Source: Candidatus Babelota bacterium
Lineage (GTDB): Bacteria; Babelota; Babeliae; Babelales; Vermiphilaceae
Assembly: GCA_049325595.1 (NCBI GenBank)
Contig: JBMOLF010000017.1
Span: forward strand, 1-60,905
Direction: 5' to 3'
Length of the DNA stretch: 60,905 nt
Of the stretch, positions 9,485-19,905 are shown piece after piece (position 1 is the stretch's first letter; each line of letters starts with the position of its first letter). A model generated the notes under the pieces. It saw only the letters and a list, made by a program, of their open reading frames with translations. It was not told the origin of the DNA and made no database searches. The translations under genes were made by a program, and so were the position numbers.

Positions 9485-9853
9485 ATGATTACGCCACGAT
9501 TAGATTTTGTTTTACTTTTTGTTAAAAACCCAGCACAAAGTGCTCAATTTTATGAAACTATTTTCGGTATAGAACCGGTTGAGCAATCACCTACTTTTGC
9601 ATTATTTGTGCTCCAAAATGGCGTAAAAATTGGGTTATGGTCGCAACAAACTGCCGAGCCTACCATCACGGCTTTACCAGGAGCAATGGAATTGGCATTT
9701 GAAGTTCCAAATGTAGATAAGATCTATGAAGATTGGCAGAAAAAGGGCATTGCAATTCTTCAAAAACCAACTGAGATGGATTTTGGACGTACCTTTGTTG
9801 CGTTAGATTTAGATGGACATAGAATCAGAATTTTAAAGCTCAAAGAGGACTAA
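9485..9853 (+). CDS. VOC/glyoxalase-family protein
   Basis: SAQFY, SPTFALF, MELAFEV, MDFGRTFVALDLDGHRIR. Confidence 0.88.
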   Translation: MITPRLDFVLLFVKNPAQSAQFYETIFGIEPVEQSPTFALFVLQNGVKIGLWSQQTAEPTITALPGAMELAFEVPNVDKIYEDWQKKGIAILQKPTEMDFGRTFVALDLDGHRIRILKLKED

Positions 9854-10281
9854 TGGCTCGATATTGGATAGCAGTTGCAAGTAAAGAACATGTTCAAAGA
9901 GGTATAGATGAGTGCATTGCCCAAGTGTGTCATGGTAAGCAAAATCCTTTAAAACGAATGAAGGCAAGAGATTGGCTTATTTATTACTCGCCAACTGAAT
10001 TATTTGGCCAAAAAATTCCCTGTCGAAAATTTACCGCCATTGGTCAAGTTGCCGATGAGCAAGTTTATCAGTTTAAAATGAATGATGATTTTATACCCTG
10101 GCGCCGTAAAATTAATTTTTTAAAAGCGTATGAAGTTGCAATAGAGCCGTTGATTGATAAACTTTCTTTTATAAAAAATAAAAGAAGTTGGGGCATGGTT
10201 TTTAGATATGGATTAATTGAGATTCCAGTTTCCGATTTTAAATTGATTGCATCTCATATGGGAATACTCGTTGATGAATAA
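9853..10281 (+). CDS. EVE-domain protein
   Basis: YWIAVASKEHV...AQVCHGK...DWLIYYSP...FTAIG. Confidence 0.9.
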   Translation: MARYWIAVASKEHVQRGIDECIAQVCHGKQNPLKRMKARDWLIYYSPTELFGQKIPCRKFTAIGQVADEQVYQFKMNDDFIPWRRKINFLKAYEVAIEPLIDKLSFIKNKRSWGMVFRYGLIEIPVSDFKLIASHMGILVDE

Positions 10282-10729
10282 GCGGATAGAACAAATAACT
10301 AAATATAAAAAGCCTGAAGAGAGTCCGGGCTATTTACTCTGGAATATAAGTTTATTGTGGCGTACCAAAATTGAGGAAGCATTAAAATCTCTTGGGCTTA
10401 CCCACCCACAATTTGTAGTTCTTGCTACTACTGGTTGGTTAACACGAAACAATGAAAACATATCTCAAGCAGATGTAAGCAGAGCTTCTGGATTTGATCC
10501 CAATACCTTATCGCAAATTTTGCGCGGCTTAGAAGAAAAAAAGTTAATAAAACGAGTGCGGGTTCTTAATGAACGCATCAAAAGTCCTACGCTTACTGCC
10601 TTAGGTCTTGAAAAACTTTCCTTAGCAATGCCGGCAGTTGAAGCAGTTGATACCAAATTCTTTGCTCTTTTAAATAAACATGAATTAGAACAATTAATAT
10701 CAATTTTCCAACTATTCATGCCACGTTAA
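10274..10729 (+). CDS. MarR-family transcriptional regulator
   Basis: SPGYLLW, GLTHPQFVVL, wHTH SQILRGLEEKKLI; start overlaps the EVE stop. Confidence 0.9.
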   Translation: MNKRIEQITKYKKPEESPGYLLWNISLLWRTKIEEALKSLGLTHPQFVVLATTGWLTRNNENISQADVSRASGFDPNTLSQILRGLEEKKLIKRVRVLNERIKSPTLTALGLEKLSLAMPAVEAVDTKFFALLNKHELEQLISIFQLFMPR

Positions 10730-10879
10730 CTGTTTTTTCATATTTTTATTATTAAAATCAAAAATTATTCACCGCCTTCAATAAATTGTATTTGAAAATA
10801 TTGCTGCAACTAAGCGCAATTTGTTAATCTAATAATAAAAACAATTCATTTCTATCTGGATTGTATCGAAAGAGATTAA

Positions 10880-11992
10880 ATGAAGCGCTTATTAATTATC
10901 TTGTTATTTTTAGGGCAACCGTTATTTGGAATGGGTTTATGGGAAAAAGTAAAACAATGGTTTACTCAAACACCCCAAGAACAGTTGCAATGTCCTGAAT
11001 TTAGAGATTTTCCACAAACACCGGTCGAACCGTTTTCATTTCAAAAGCTTCCCTTAGAAATTCAAACTCTTATAATCCTGGCAACTGCTAATGCTGCAAG
11101 TCTTGATAAAGCTACCCAGACTATCCGTGCGTTGTCTCAAACTAACAAAGAATTAAATCAAATACTTAACGATGAGCAGTATAATAAAACCATAGCTAGG
11201 GAATTATCGAGAAAATATGGTGCTTCGCCGTTAATTGTTCAACTCTACCTAAACACCGAACAATTTTTGCAGAAAACACGCATTAGTGACCATGAATTGT
11301 TTAAAGTTTATCAAGAAGCTCAATTTTGGAATTCTATACACAATAGTAAACGATCAAATGCTATTGTTCGTGTGTTATATAATACAATAGAGAATTTAAG
11401 AGATTCAGAAAAATTGGAAAAGGTTAGATTGATGCATGGGAGAATTATTTGGGTATATAAAGACAATTACCGGCTAAGGGAAACATTCCATGGGGCAAAT
11501 GACCTAAATCTTTCTGTTACTGATAAAAATGGAAAATATAGTGATATCTATGGTGGAATTATTAATGAATTAGGGCCTGATGGTTTAATTACGTCGACAA
11601 GAGATGAGAAATTGAAGACATCGATAACATATAATATTTACAGCGAGGGTGAGTTATATACTGCAATGCAAAAAGATGACAAGTTACTCCTTGCTGGGTT
11701 AGCTACATGGAATGGAGAGTACATACTTTTACGTTTTAACACTGATGGTTCGGTAGATAGCACTTTTGGAACGAATGGTATCGTAAAAACGGGTATTATC
11801 TACAGTCCAGCTGATGAAATTCGTTGGATCGATTATTTAAAATCAAAAAATAAGTACAAAGAGCTTGAAGCGCTGCTTGATCTTATAAAAATTAGATCAT
11901 ACTTAACCATTAATCCACAAAATGGCGATTTAATATTTAAATTTAAAAATGCGGTTAAAAAATATACTGTCGATGGTAAAGAGATTAAATAA
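10880..11992 (+). CDS. Secreted protein, F-box-like motif + delta-60-like repeat (paralog 1)
   Basis: Signal peptide; FSFQKLPLEIQTLII; LLRFNTDGSVDSTFGTNGIV. Confidence 0.7.
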   Translation: MKRLLIILLFLGQPLFGMGLWEKVKQWFTQTPQEQLQCPEFRDFPQTPVEPFSFQKLPLEIQTLIILATANAASLDKATQTIRALSQTNKELNQILNDEQYNKTIARELSRKYGASPLIVQLYLNTEQFLQKTRISDHELFKVYQEAQFWNSIHNSKRSNAIVRVLYNTIENLRDSEKLEKVRLMHGRIIWVYKDNYRLRETFHGANDLNLSVTDKNGKYSDIYGGIINELGPDGLITSTRDEKLKTSITYNIYSEGELYTAMQKDDKLLLAGLATWNGEYILLRFNTDGSVDSTFGTNGIVKTGIIYSPADEIRWIDYLKSKNKYKELEALLDLIKIRSYLTINPQNGDLIFKFKNAVKKYTVDGKEIK

Positions 11993-12006
11993 TTAAAGGA
12001 ATAAAT

Positions 12007-13125
12007 ATGAAACGTATTTTGCTCATCTTTTCATTAGCGCTAAGCCCATCGTTATTTGGTATGTGGCATGGTATTAAAAAATGGTTAACTGAAGAACCTA
12101 AGCAAGAGCAATTGCAATGTCCGGAGTTTGGAGTAGGAAAACAAGAAAAATTGTTTGCGTTTACTGAGTTACCATCAGAACTACAAAAAGTAATCGTTCA
12201 TATGATCGGTAACTTTAAAAATATTGAATCAGCAGCAAATACATTGCGCGCATTAGCAATTGCCAATAAACAATGGAGTAAATACCTTACACCACTGTTT
12301 GTTACTCAGCTTTTAGCCAAAAATTATAATGTTTCTCCGCTTTTGACTGAGTGGTACGTGCAACCAAGTAGCTTTAATAATGTAAACACTAAAACATTAT
12401 CCGATTGGATAAACAGAAATCCTGCAGAATTTTACCGTATATACCAAGATGCAGCTTATTTAGATTCTCAAGCAAGAAGTAGCTTATCAAAGAAAATAAT
12501 AGAGCAATTGCGAATTGCGCGAAATAATACACTACAGCGAACTGGCAAGCAATGGATTTATGCCGATGGTTCTTACCTTGGTTCTGATAAATTGCCAGAA
12601 ATTGTTTTAAAAAAGCATAGCGCAGAAAATAATATTGATGAAGCGTTCGGTGGCATTAATTATGTAATAACTAAAAATGATGTAATACCAGAATTAACGA
12701 CGGCCCATAAAGGTTCTGTAAAGTTAATTAACTTTTATGGCATTACGCCATATCCTGCCGGTTTTTTCTCGCAACTAAGTATGATTAGTTCAAATATAAA
12801 TCCTTTAACTAATTTTATTTGTACTGATATTGCGCTACAGAGCAGTGGTAAAATAATAGTAGTAGGGTTATTAGAAAATCAGTTTGCGCTATTAAGGCTT
12901 AATGCAGATGGTACAGTAGATGAAAATTTTGGCAATAATGGCATAGTTTTGACTAAGGTTATTTTGAACAAAGAGCATTTTAAAAATGTTCGCATAGTAG
13001 ATTTTCATAATTACTTAGGTGTGCTTTCTTTTTATCTTACCGTGAGCCCAATAGATGATGAAATTATATTTAAAATTGGCGATGTAATAAAGCAGTATTC
13101 TGCTGATGGTAAAGAGATTAAATAA
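12007..13125 (+). CDS. Secreted protein, F-box-like motif + delta-60-like repeat (paralog 2)
   Basis: Signal peptide; FAFTELPSELQKVIV; IALQSSGKIIVVG...LLRLNADGTVDENFGNNG; last 21 nt identical to paralog 1. Confidence 0.7.
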   Translation: MKRILLIFSLALSPSLFGMWHGIKKWLTEEPKQEQLQCPEFGVGKQEKLFAFTELPSELQKVIVHMIGNFKNIESAANTLRALAIANKQWSKYLTPLFVTQLLAKNYNVSPLLTEWYVQPSSFNNVNTKTLSDWINRNPAEFYRIYQDAAYLDSQARSSLSKKIIEQLRIARNNTLQRTGKQWIYADGSYLGSDKLPEIVLKKHSAENNIDEAFGGINYVITKNDVIPELTTAHKGSVKLINFYGITPYPAGFFSQLSMISSNINPLTNFICTDIALQSSGKIIVVGLLENQFALLRLNADGTVDENFGNNGIVLTKVILNKEHFKNVRIVDFHNYLGVLSFYLTVSPIDDEIIFKIGDVIKQYSADGKEIK

Positions 13126-13126
13126 C

Positions 13127-13864
13127 CTATTCACTTGCATAAATCTGATACAACTTACTTTCTTTAAATCCAAGTGATTGATATAAATATTTAATTTTTG
13201 GTGAAGTGAGCAAGAGTGTTTTTTTATAACCACTTGTCTTTGCTTCTTGAATACATGTTTGCAATAAAGATGTTGCAAACCCTTGTTTGCGATAATCAGT
13301 ATGTGTAGCAAGCATATGGATGCTAATAGAATCCTCATGTTGAATTACCATGCAGGCTGAAACTAATATATTATTTTTTAAGCCACTATAGAGTATGACA
13401 TCCTCTTTGCCTACTTTTTTTAAATTAATAATGGCATTACGCAATTGTTGTTTGTCGTAGGTATAACTTGTTGCTACCAACTCAAGCCATCGCTCAAAGT
13501 TATCATTATCATTTATGTTGGTAATAGTTGTAGATAATGGATTGCTATTTATTGGTTGCATGTTTGTGTTTTCAAGTATCATTGCTAAAAAGTCGCCCTT
13601 ATATATAAAATCATTTTTTTTGAGTGCTTCATGAGTGTTATTATCTTGAGATGATACAACCCATGTAAATGGCATTGTTCCAAAATATTCTTTTAGCTGC
13701 GCTATATCGATATCTGTTATTGATTGTAAATTGCAGACGCGATTGCAGGGTTTTAATGCCGTGTTGCTATTAAATACAAGACAGTTATTGCCTAACTTTT
13801 CGTATTGAGGCTTGCCACCAAAGTCCATATAAAGGAGAAGTTGTAAGATAAGATGTTCAAGCAT
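13127..13864 (-). CDS. GNAT-family acetyltransferase
   Basis: LATHTDYRKQGFAT (motif A) and LYQSLGF. Start uncertain. Confidence 0.85.
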   Translation of the reverse strand: MLEHLILQLLLYMDFGGKPQYEKLGNNCLVFNSNTALKPCNRVCNLQSITDIDIAQLKEYFGTMPFTWVVSSQDNNTHEALKKNDFIYKGDFLAMILENTNMQPINSNPLSTTITNINDNDNFERWLELVATSYTYDKQQLRNAIINLKKVGKEDVILYSGLKNNILVSACMVIQHEDSISIHMLATHTDYRKQGFATSLLQTCIQEAKTSGYKKTLLLTSPKIKYLYQSLGFKESKLYQIYASE

Positions 13865-14095
13865 TGTTACTTTCCGTTTATAATGAGACAATTTGCATAA
13901 AGTTGCAATAAGTTTATAAAAGTTTTTAGCTTAATTCTTTAGATAGTAAAAATAACATACTAAAAATTTTAAAGCTCTTAAAAAAATGATTTATTACTAT
14001 ACAAAAGTAGGATGTTGTTATTTGGTTAAATTAACTTTATCATTACAATGGCTGTAGTTTTATTTGAAAATTTTTAACTACTATTTTGCAACAAA

Positions 14096-14665
14096 ATGAT
14101 TTTATTTTTTATACTACTTTTTTCTTTTTGTGTTACTGCTCAAGAACCGATAACTATTATTACGCAATCGCCTTCTCTAGAAGAAATTCCAGAAATATTT
14201 CAAGTCAATGTGAGCAAGCAATTTTTAAATGGTCAAACAAAAGTGGCTATCGCGTCATTGCAAGAGGATAATCAAGATATTCACAATCAAAATACATCTG
14301 AACATTCTGATGCTGATACAGAAAACTTTAATAAAGCTTGTATAAAAACAGTAGATAGTGTGATTAGGCTACGCTTTAAAAACTTTAGAAATTTGAAAAA
14401 AATTGATGCGTTAGGTACAGAATTTACTACTTATAAAAGATTAGTTTCTTTTTTTAATTACCGCTTTACAAAGTACTCAGCATGCTGCATTAAAAAAGGA
14501 TGTAATTTTTTTGGTATTAATGCAACAAATCTAGCCGATCATTATATTCAAAAACATTATTGTTCGACTATTTTCTCTTGCATTAACCTTGGATGCTACA
14601 CTATCTGTGATTCGCGCAAATCCCTCATAGAACATGTAAGAAACTGTCCTCAAACAACTTTATGA
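14096..14665 (+). CDS. Secreted protein with C2H2/C2HC zinc fingers
   Basis: Signal peptide; CIKKGC...DHYIQKH, IFSCINLGC...EHVRNC, which resemble the 5355 protein. Confidence 0.75.
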   Translation: MILFFILLFSFCVTAQEPITIITQSPSLEEIPEIFQVNVSKQFLNGQTKVAIASLQEDNQDIHNQNTSEHSDADTENFNKACIKTVDSVIRLRFKNFRNLKKIDALGTEFTTYKRLVSFFNYRFTKYSACCIKKGCNFFGINATNLADHYIQKHYCSTIFSCINLGCYTICDSRKSLIEHVRNCPQTTL

Positions 14666-14732
14666 AAAATTGGGAACTGCTCTTTTTTAACTTAGATGAG
14701 TGCATGTTTTTTTACGCACAATCAATCGTAGT

Positions 14733-14980
14733 TTATTTTTCTTCTGAAACAGATTTATTCAGCGGTGTATTGTTTAGTTCACATCCCAGTAGTCCACCAA
14801 GTTCCCTGTCGTGGAATTCTAAGTTCCAAAGGTCGTTGAATTCTAAAAAATCCCTCAATTAATTGTTCTTTAGTATATTTTAAAACGCTCAGCTCCGGGT
14901 TTTTTAGACGGCTCATTAGGATTAGATTCCATTCCAAAAGTGGTACTTGTTACTAGGCAAAAAAGAATTAGTAATTTCAT
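14733..14980 (-). pseudogene. Small secreted-protein gene, apparently frameshifted
   Basis: MKLLILFCLVTSTTFGMESN...FKIY* stops at 14870; downstream frames stay open (YTKEQL..., LRDFLEFNDLW...SEEK*). Confidence 0.45.
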
Positions 14981-15106
14981 AGAATTTCTCTTTGGTCTTG
15001 TTGTGATACCAAAATATATCAATTGCCGAGTGATATAGTCAATTTCTTGATCAAATCATGATTAACATGGTTTGCTATAGTATTGGTAAAAATAAAAGGA
15101 GTATCG

Positions 15107-15655
15107 ATGCAAAAAAATCTGGCAGGTTTAAAAATTGCAATGCTCGTAACCGATGGTTTTGAAGAATCAGAAATGGTTAAGCCACGTGCAGCACTTCAAC
15201 ATGAAGGCGCGCAGGTTGATCTAATAGCACCAAACAAAAAACAAGTTAAAAGTTGGCATCATAAAAATTGGGGCAATGATTTTGAAGCGGATAAACTTCT
15301 TTCTGAAGTTAATCCTAATGATTATCAGGCATTAGTATTGCCAGGTGGTGTGATAAATCCAGATAAATTGCGACTAATACCTGAAGCAATTGCATTTATT
15401 AATCACTTTGTGATCGAACAAAAACCAATTGCTGCTATTTGCCATGGTCCATGGACCTTAATTAATGCGCATGGTGTAAAAGGAAGAACAGTTACATCAT
15501 GGCCTTCATTACAAGTAGATTTAATTAACGCCGGTGCTCATTGGGTTGACCAAGAAGTAGTAATTGATGATAATTTAATTACCAGCCGCAAGCCAGATGA
15601 TATTCCTGCATTTAATAAAGCAATGATTGAGTTATTGAAACAAAAAATAAATTGA
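15107..15655 (+). CDS. pfpI: PfpI/DJ-1 family (type 1 glutamine-amidotransferase-like) protein
   Basis: DGFEESE, LPGGVINPDKLR, AICHGPW, TSRKPDDIPAF; AGGAG RBS before ATG 15107. Confidence 0.92.
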   Translation: MQKNLAGLKIAMLVTDGFEESEMVKPRAALQHEGAQVDLIAPNKKQVKSWHHKNWGNDFEADKLLSEVNPNDYQALVLPGGVINPDKLRLIPEAIAFINHFVIEQKPIAAICHGPWTLINAHGVKGRTVTSWPSLQVDLINAGAHWVDQEVVIDDNLITSRKPDDIPAFNKAMIELLKQKIN

Positions 15656-15670
15656 TATTTTGTAATGTAA

Positions 15671-16870
15671 TTACTCAGCCCCTTTTTGTATCAAGTAATT
15701 AATAATATCAGCATCACCAATTTTAATAGCAGCTTGTAAAGGGGTGAATAATTTTTTATCCCCAAATTGTAGATCGAGTCTTACTTCATGTGGTGAATCT
15801 ATATCAGCGCCGGCTTCAACTAATTTTTTGACAGAAAGATAATTTTTTTGTGCAATCGCTTTTAAAAGAAGTGGTATTTTAAAATTATAAGATTTATATG
15901 GGATAGCATAATTAGGTGAAAAACCATTTTGTAAGAGTAAGGTTATTGCCTCTTGCAATGAAGCCTTATTTTTAAGTAGGAAATCGATAAGCATACCATC
16001 AGCATTATTAATTAATGCATAGGACAAAGCGGTATGTTCTTTTTTATCAAAAGGTTTTGCTTTTTGATCCAGTTGAGCACCTGCCTTTATTAAATCCTCA
16101 AATGCTTTCGTGTCAGGAAGATTACTTTGTGTTTTGCTTATATTTACGTAATTATCTATTGCTATTAATAAAGGTGTCAAAGAGCTGCCATCAGAAAAGG
16201 TAAATACACTATTGGGATCTGCATGATTAGCTAACTTATGATAGTCATAAGGAATTTGATTTAAAAAAAATGATATCATTTTTTGATTATTATCTTTCAA
16301 GGCAATATACCATGGATTATGTGCTAAATCTTTTGCTCGTAATGATTGCGCCGTATCGTAACCCGTTTTTGAAATAGTTGCTAAAAGTTTTAAAGCAGCA
16401 TTTACTTCTTGATATTGTTGGTTGGTAAAAGTATTGGCAATCATTGCAATATGGGTAAAGACATCTCGTCCATTGATCGAACCTGCAAACGGTGCTCCTT
16501 TTGCAATAAGAGCATCAGCTACTTCAAAATAATTTTTTTTTATAGCGTAAAATGCGAGAGGATAATGCTGATAGTTCATCTGTACATTTGCACCGTTATT
16601 TATAAGGCCGGTAACTACTTTTGAATGATTCATTAATACGGCAAGTACAAGAGGATACTGACCATTAATGGGAGCATTTATATCGGCTCCTTGCTGGATT
16701 GCAGAATTAATACTTGATTGATTGCTATGCTCATTAGTAATGATGTTATAAAGATACTGTTGGGCAGCATGTTTTTTCTGCTCTTCTGGTGTTGGCTGAT
16801 TAATAAGAACTTTAGCATTATTTATTTGGCTTTGCATAATTAAGAAAGATAGAAAAATATATAATTTCAT
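15671..16870 (-). CDS. Ankyrin-repeat protein with signal peptide
   Basis: Repeated PL..A...LI..GA units (GADINA, GANV, TPLQAA...YLIQKGA). Confidence 0.88.
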   Translation of the reverse strand: MKLYIFLSFLIMQSQINNAKVLINQPTPEEQKKHAAQQYLYNIITNEHSNQSSINSAIQQGADINAPINGQYPLVLAVLMNHSKVVTGLINNGANVQMNYQHYPLAFYAIKKNYFEVADALIAKGAPFAGSINGRDVFTHIAMIANTFTNQQYQEVNAALKLLATISKTGYDTAQSLRAKDLAHNPWYIALKDNNQKMISFFLNQIPYDYHKLANHADPNSVFTFSDGSSLTPLLIAIDNYVNISKTQSNLPDTKAFEDLIKAGAQLDQKAKPFDKKEHTALSYALINNADGMLIDFLLKNKASLQEAITLLLQNGFSPNYAIPYKSYNFKIPLLLKAIAQKNYLSVKKLVEAGADIDSPHEVRLDLQFGDKKLFTPLQAAIKIGDADIINYLIQKGAE

Positions 16871-17039
16871 ACACTACCTTTATATAACACTATACATGCT
16901 TTTTAGCGCTGGTTTCAAATTAACAATGTATTACTACTAAATGCGAGTAAAAGATAAGATAAAAGGTCTTTTATTTAATTTACAAATAAATCTGCTATTG
17001 CTAACATGGCCCCAATTAAAAACTATTACAGGAGAGACT

Positions 17040-17491
17040 ATGAACAGACTGGTAACTATATTGCTATGCTTTATCTCATTTAATTTATCTGCTATGGAAT
17101 TAGTTGAACTAAAGAAATACAGCGATAGCAAGATAACCAATACGTTATTAGCTGCTGTTCTGACAGCTTCTACGTTATCAAGATTATTGGCAGAACATTA
17201 TGTGACTGCTCCGATAGATGCATCGGATATAACTTTTGACGATGAAAAAATAGAAATAATTGAATATAAATCCTCTTCAATGTTTAATGCTGGCGAATAT
17301 ATGTTGGCAAGATAACAGCTGATAAACTTATAACAAAAAAAATTAGAAGTTTAGGAGATATTAAAAGAGAAATTACCGCAAAAGGATTTGCTATTAAAGA
17401 TTTGCTAACAATGAGATTGGCAGAAAATATTGTTACTTTTTCTTTTCTACTGAGCGACATAATAAAGATATTTGCTTGCAATTTAGTTTAA
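17040..17491 (+). pseudogene. Secreted hypothetical protein interrupted by a frameshift
   Basis: GGAGA RBS + MNRLVTILLCFISFNLSAME; stops at 17315, but removing 2 nt from ATATAT (~17297-17302) continues the frame YVGKITADK...ACNLV* to 17491. Confidence 0.65.
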
Positions 17492-17599
17492 TAGCAAAGC
17501 AACTTTCTCCTAAAGCAAAATTAGATATGATTAAGGCTTCAATCGATAAAAGGTAACTTATAAAATCACTATCTTAAAAAAAGAAAAAAAGGAAAAGTA

Positions 17600-18736
17600 A
17601 TGATGAATAGCACCTATCTATTTCTATCATTTTTTATCTGCGTTAATATTTTGGCAATGGAGAAAAATGTTAACTTAACAGAAGGTATTGAACTTCCCGA
17701 GTGTTCGTCTAGTTTGTCGACAATTAACAAAGAACAATTATTATCTTTGGTAGCTACAATGAATTGCGATAATGATGATATCTGTGTTGCTACCCAACAA
17801 AAATGCCATTGCTATGAAAATAGTTCTCAAACGTGGTTTGCGCTCATAGATAGCAATTATCATGCAAAAAAGAAGTTATATAAAAGATCGCTAGATACGC
17901 TACCTCCTTGCGTAGCTAATCATATTACTTATATCAATAAATTTTTAATCGAAGGGCCTAATCCCGCTGGTATAACAGTTACTACTGTAGAATCTGGAGG
18001 ACTACATAGCATTAATGCTTTTTATGAAAATAATAAGAATGATTTTGCTACCATCTATAATGGCTCTGTTTTGTCGTTAGCGCTTTCATCCGATAATACA
18101 CTTGCTATATCGGGTCCTCATCAGGAAGGTTTTTATTTTTCGCTCTATAAAATAGCAACTGAAGTTTATAAAGAATTTTTTAGTAAAGAAAGAATTCGTC
18201 CTAAACTTATTAAATTAGCAATAAAATCTCATCCAAACTTAGGGTTATTATTTAAAAAAATGACTTTTATTAAACCTAATTTATTATGGTGTATAGATTT
18301 AAAAAACAAATTACGTGCCGTTTATTTTGATAAAGAGCATCGTGTAATTACCCATAATGATTGGATTATTCTTCCAAGAGGGAAAAAACAGCGAGTTAAA
18401 TTTTTTTCAAGTGACCCGGCAAATCGCCAGTATACCTTATTAGTTGATACAGATGATGATATTTATGCTGGCATTATAACAGATAAAGAATATGCACTTA
18501 AAAAAATAAGAACTGTACAATCATTGATTAATCAGATAAAAACAAAAAAATATTTGCAAAACCCGAACTTGACTGATGTTCGACTGGCCAATAAAAAATG
18601 TTTTTTTACTTTTACGCACCTAGATGAAAAAGATGAAGTATCATTTAAATTTGATCTCTGTTTTAATGGTAAAGCAATTAAAAGCAGTATCGCGGATGAA
18701 TGTTTTGTATTGCTATTAAAAAATTTTGATGAATAA
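17600..18736 (+). CDS. Secreted hypothetical protein (beta-rich C-terminal half)
   Basis: 378-aa ORF, AGGA RBS, signal peptide ending ILA-ME. Confidence 0.7.
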   Translation: MMNSTYLFLSFFICVNILAMEKNVNLTEGIELPECSSSLSTINKEQLLSLVATMNCDNDDICVATQQKCHCYENSSQTWFALIDSNYHAKKKLYKRSLDTLPPCVANHITYINKFLIEGPNPAGITVTTVESGGLHSINAFYENNKNDFATIYNGSVLSLALSSDNTLAISGPHQEGFYFSLYKIATEVYKEFFSKERIRPKLIKLAIKSHPNLGLLFKKMTFIKPNLLWCIDLKNKLRAVYFDKEHRVITHNDWIILPRGKKQRVKFFSSDPANRQYTLLVDTDDDIYAGIITDKEYALKKIRTVQSLINQIKTKKYLQNPNLTDVRLANKKCFFTFTHLDEKDEVSFKFDLCFNGKAIKSSIADECFVLLLKNFDE

Positions 18737-18789
18737 TTATAACTATGCTTTTTTTAACAATAACCATACTGTTAGCATGAAAGGAAGTT

Positions 18790-19563
18790 ATGTTACTCAC
18801 TAAATTAATACGCAAAATAATTTTCGCATCTTTACTTTTAAGTGTGCAGTTAATTTGTGCTTTATCAAAAGAAGCAAAAGAGAAGGGATTTGTGTATCTA
18901 CACGAGATAGATCCTACCATTATTCTTTCACCACGTTATTATACTAATGAGAACTTTGTAGGCAAGCCGGTAGATGGTTATAAAAAACCAGTAATTATAT
19001 TGACTAAGCAAGCCGCAGAAGCACTTAAAAAAGTAAATGATGAAGTAAAAAAAGATGGATACACGATTGTTGTCTATGATGCCTACCGACCACAAACAGC
19101 AGTAAATCATTTTATGAGATGGAGTAAAGATTCTAATGATCAAGCAAAAAAAGATCATTATTATCCCCGTATTGCTAAAGATAAAGTCTTTGAACTTGGC
19201 TATGTAGCAGAAAAATCTGGCCATAGCAGAGGAAGTACCATTGACCTTACTCTGATAAAGAATGAAGATAAATTGCATGAAATTAGAGAAATTGATCGTG
19301 TTTTATTGGACAACTATAAAATAAAATTACTTGATGATGGTACAGTTGATATGGGATCTTCATTTGACTTATTTGATATCGCTTCTCATTATGAAAATAA
19401 TTTAATACCACAAGAATATAAGGAAAAAAGAACTTACTTAAAGACGGTAATGGAAAAGCATGGTTTTAAGAATTATGCTGAAGAATGGTGGCATTTTACC
19501 TTAAAAAATGAACCATATCCAGCAGACAAAAACGATAGTTATTTTGATTTTCCTGTCGAATAA
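18790..19563 (+). CDS. ddpX: D-Ala-D-Ala dipeptidase (M15D, VanX/DdpX family)
   Basis: YDAYRPQ, SGHSRGSTIDLTL, DMGSSFD, EWWHF. Confidence 0.93.
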   Translation: MLLTKLIRKIIFASLLLSVQLICALSKEAKEKGFVYLHEIDPTIILSPRYYTNENFVGKPVDGYKKPVIILTKQAAEALKKVNDEVKKDGYTIVVYDAYRPQTAVNHFMRWSKDSNDQAKKDHYYPRIAKDKVFELGYVAEKSGHSRGSTIDLTLIKNEDKLHEIREIDRVLLDNYKIKLLDDGTVDMGSSFDLFDIASHYENNLIPQEYKEKRTYLKTVMEKHGFKNYAEEWWHFTLKNEPYPADKNDSYFDFPVE

Positions 19564-19690
19564 ATAATGGCTTTATGAAGAATCTTTGAATAAATATGCT
19601 CTTGAGCGCAAAAATGGTACCACAACCTTTACAATAAGCCATTTTTGCGCGATAATATACTAATCAAAATTAATTTATCGGAGACATTTC

Positions 19691-19897
19691 ATGAAACACG
19701 ATATTCAACCAGAATTGCATGAACTTACCGCTCAATGCGCGTGTGGTAATGCATTTAAAACCAGATCTACTTCTTCTGATCTAGATGTAACCATCTGTTC
19801 AGCATGCCATCCGTTTTATACTGGGGCGCAAAAGTTTGTAGATACTGCCGGTCGTATTGAAAAATTTGAAAAGCGTTTCAAAAAAGGTAATAAGTAA
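19691..19897 (+). CDS. rpmE: 50S ribosomal protein L31 (Zn-binding type)
   Basis: CACG...[10 protein letters not shown]...DTAGRIEKF. Confidence 0.97.
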   Translation: MKHDIQPELHELTAQCACGNAFKTRSTSSDLDVTICSACHPFYTGAQKFVDTAGRIEKFEKRFKKGNK

Positions 19898-19905
19898 TTA
19901 TACCT

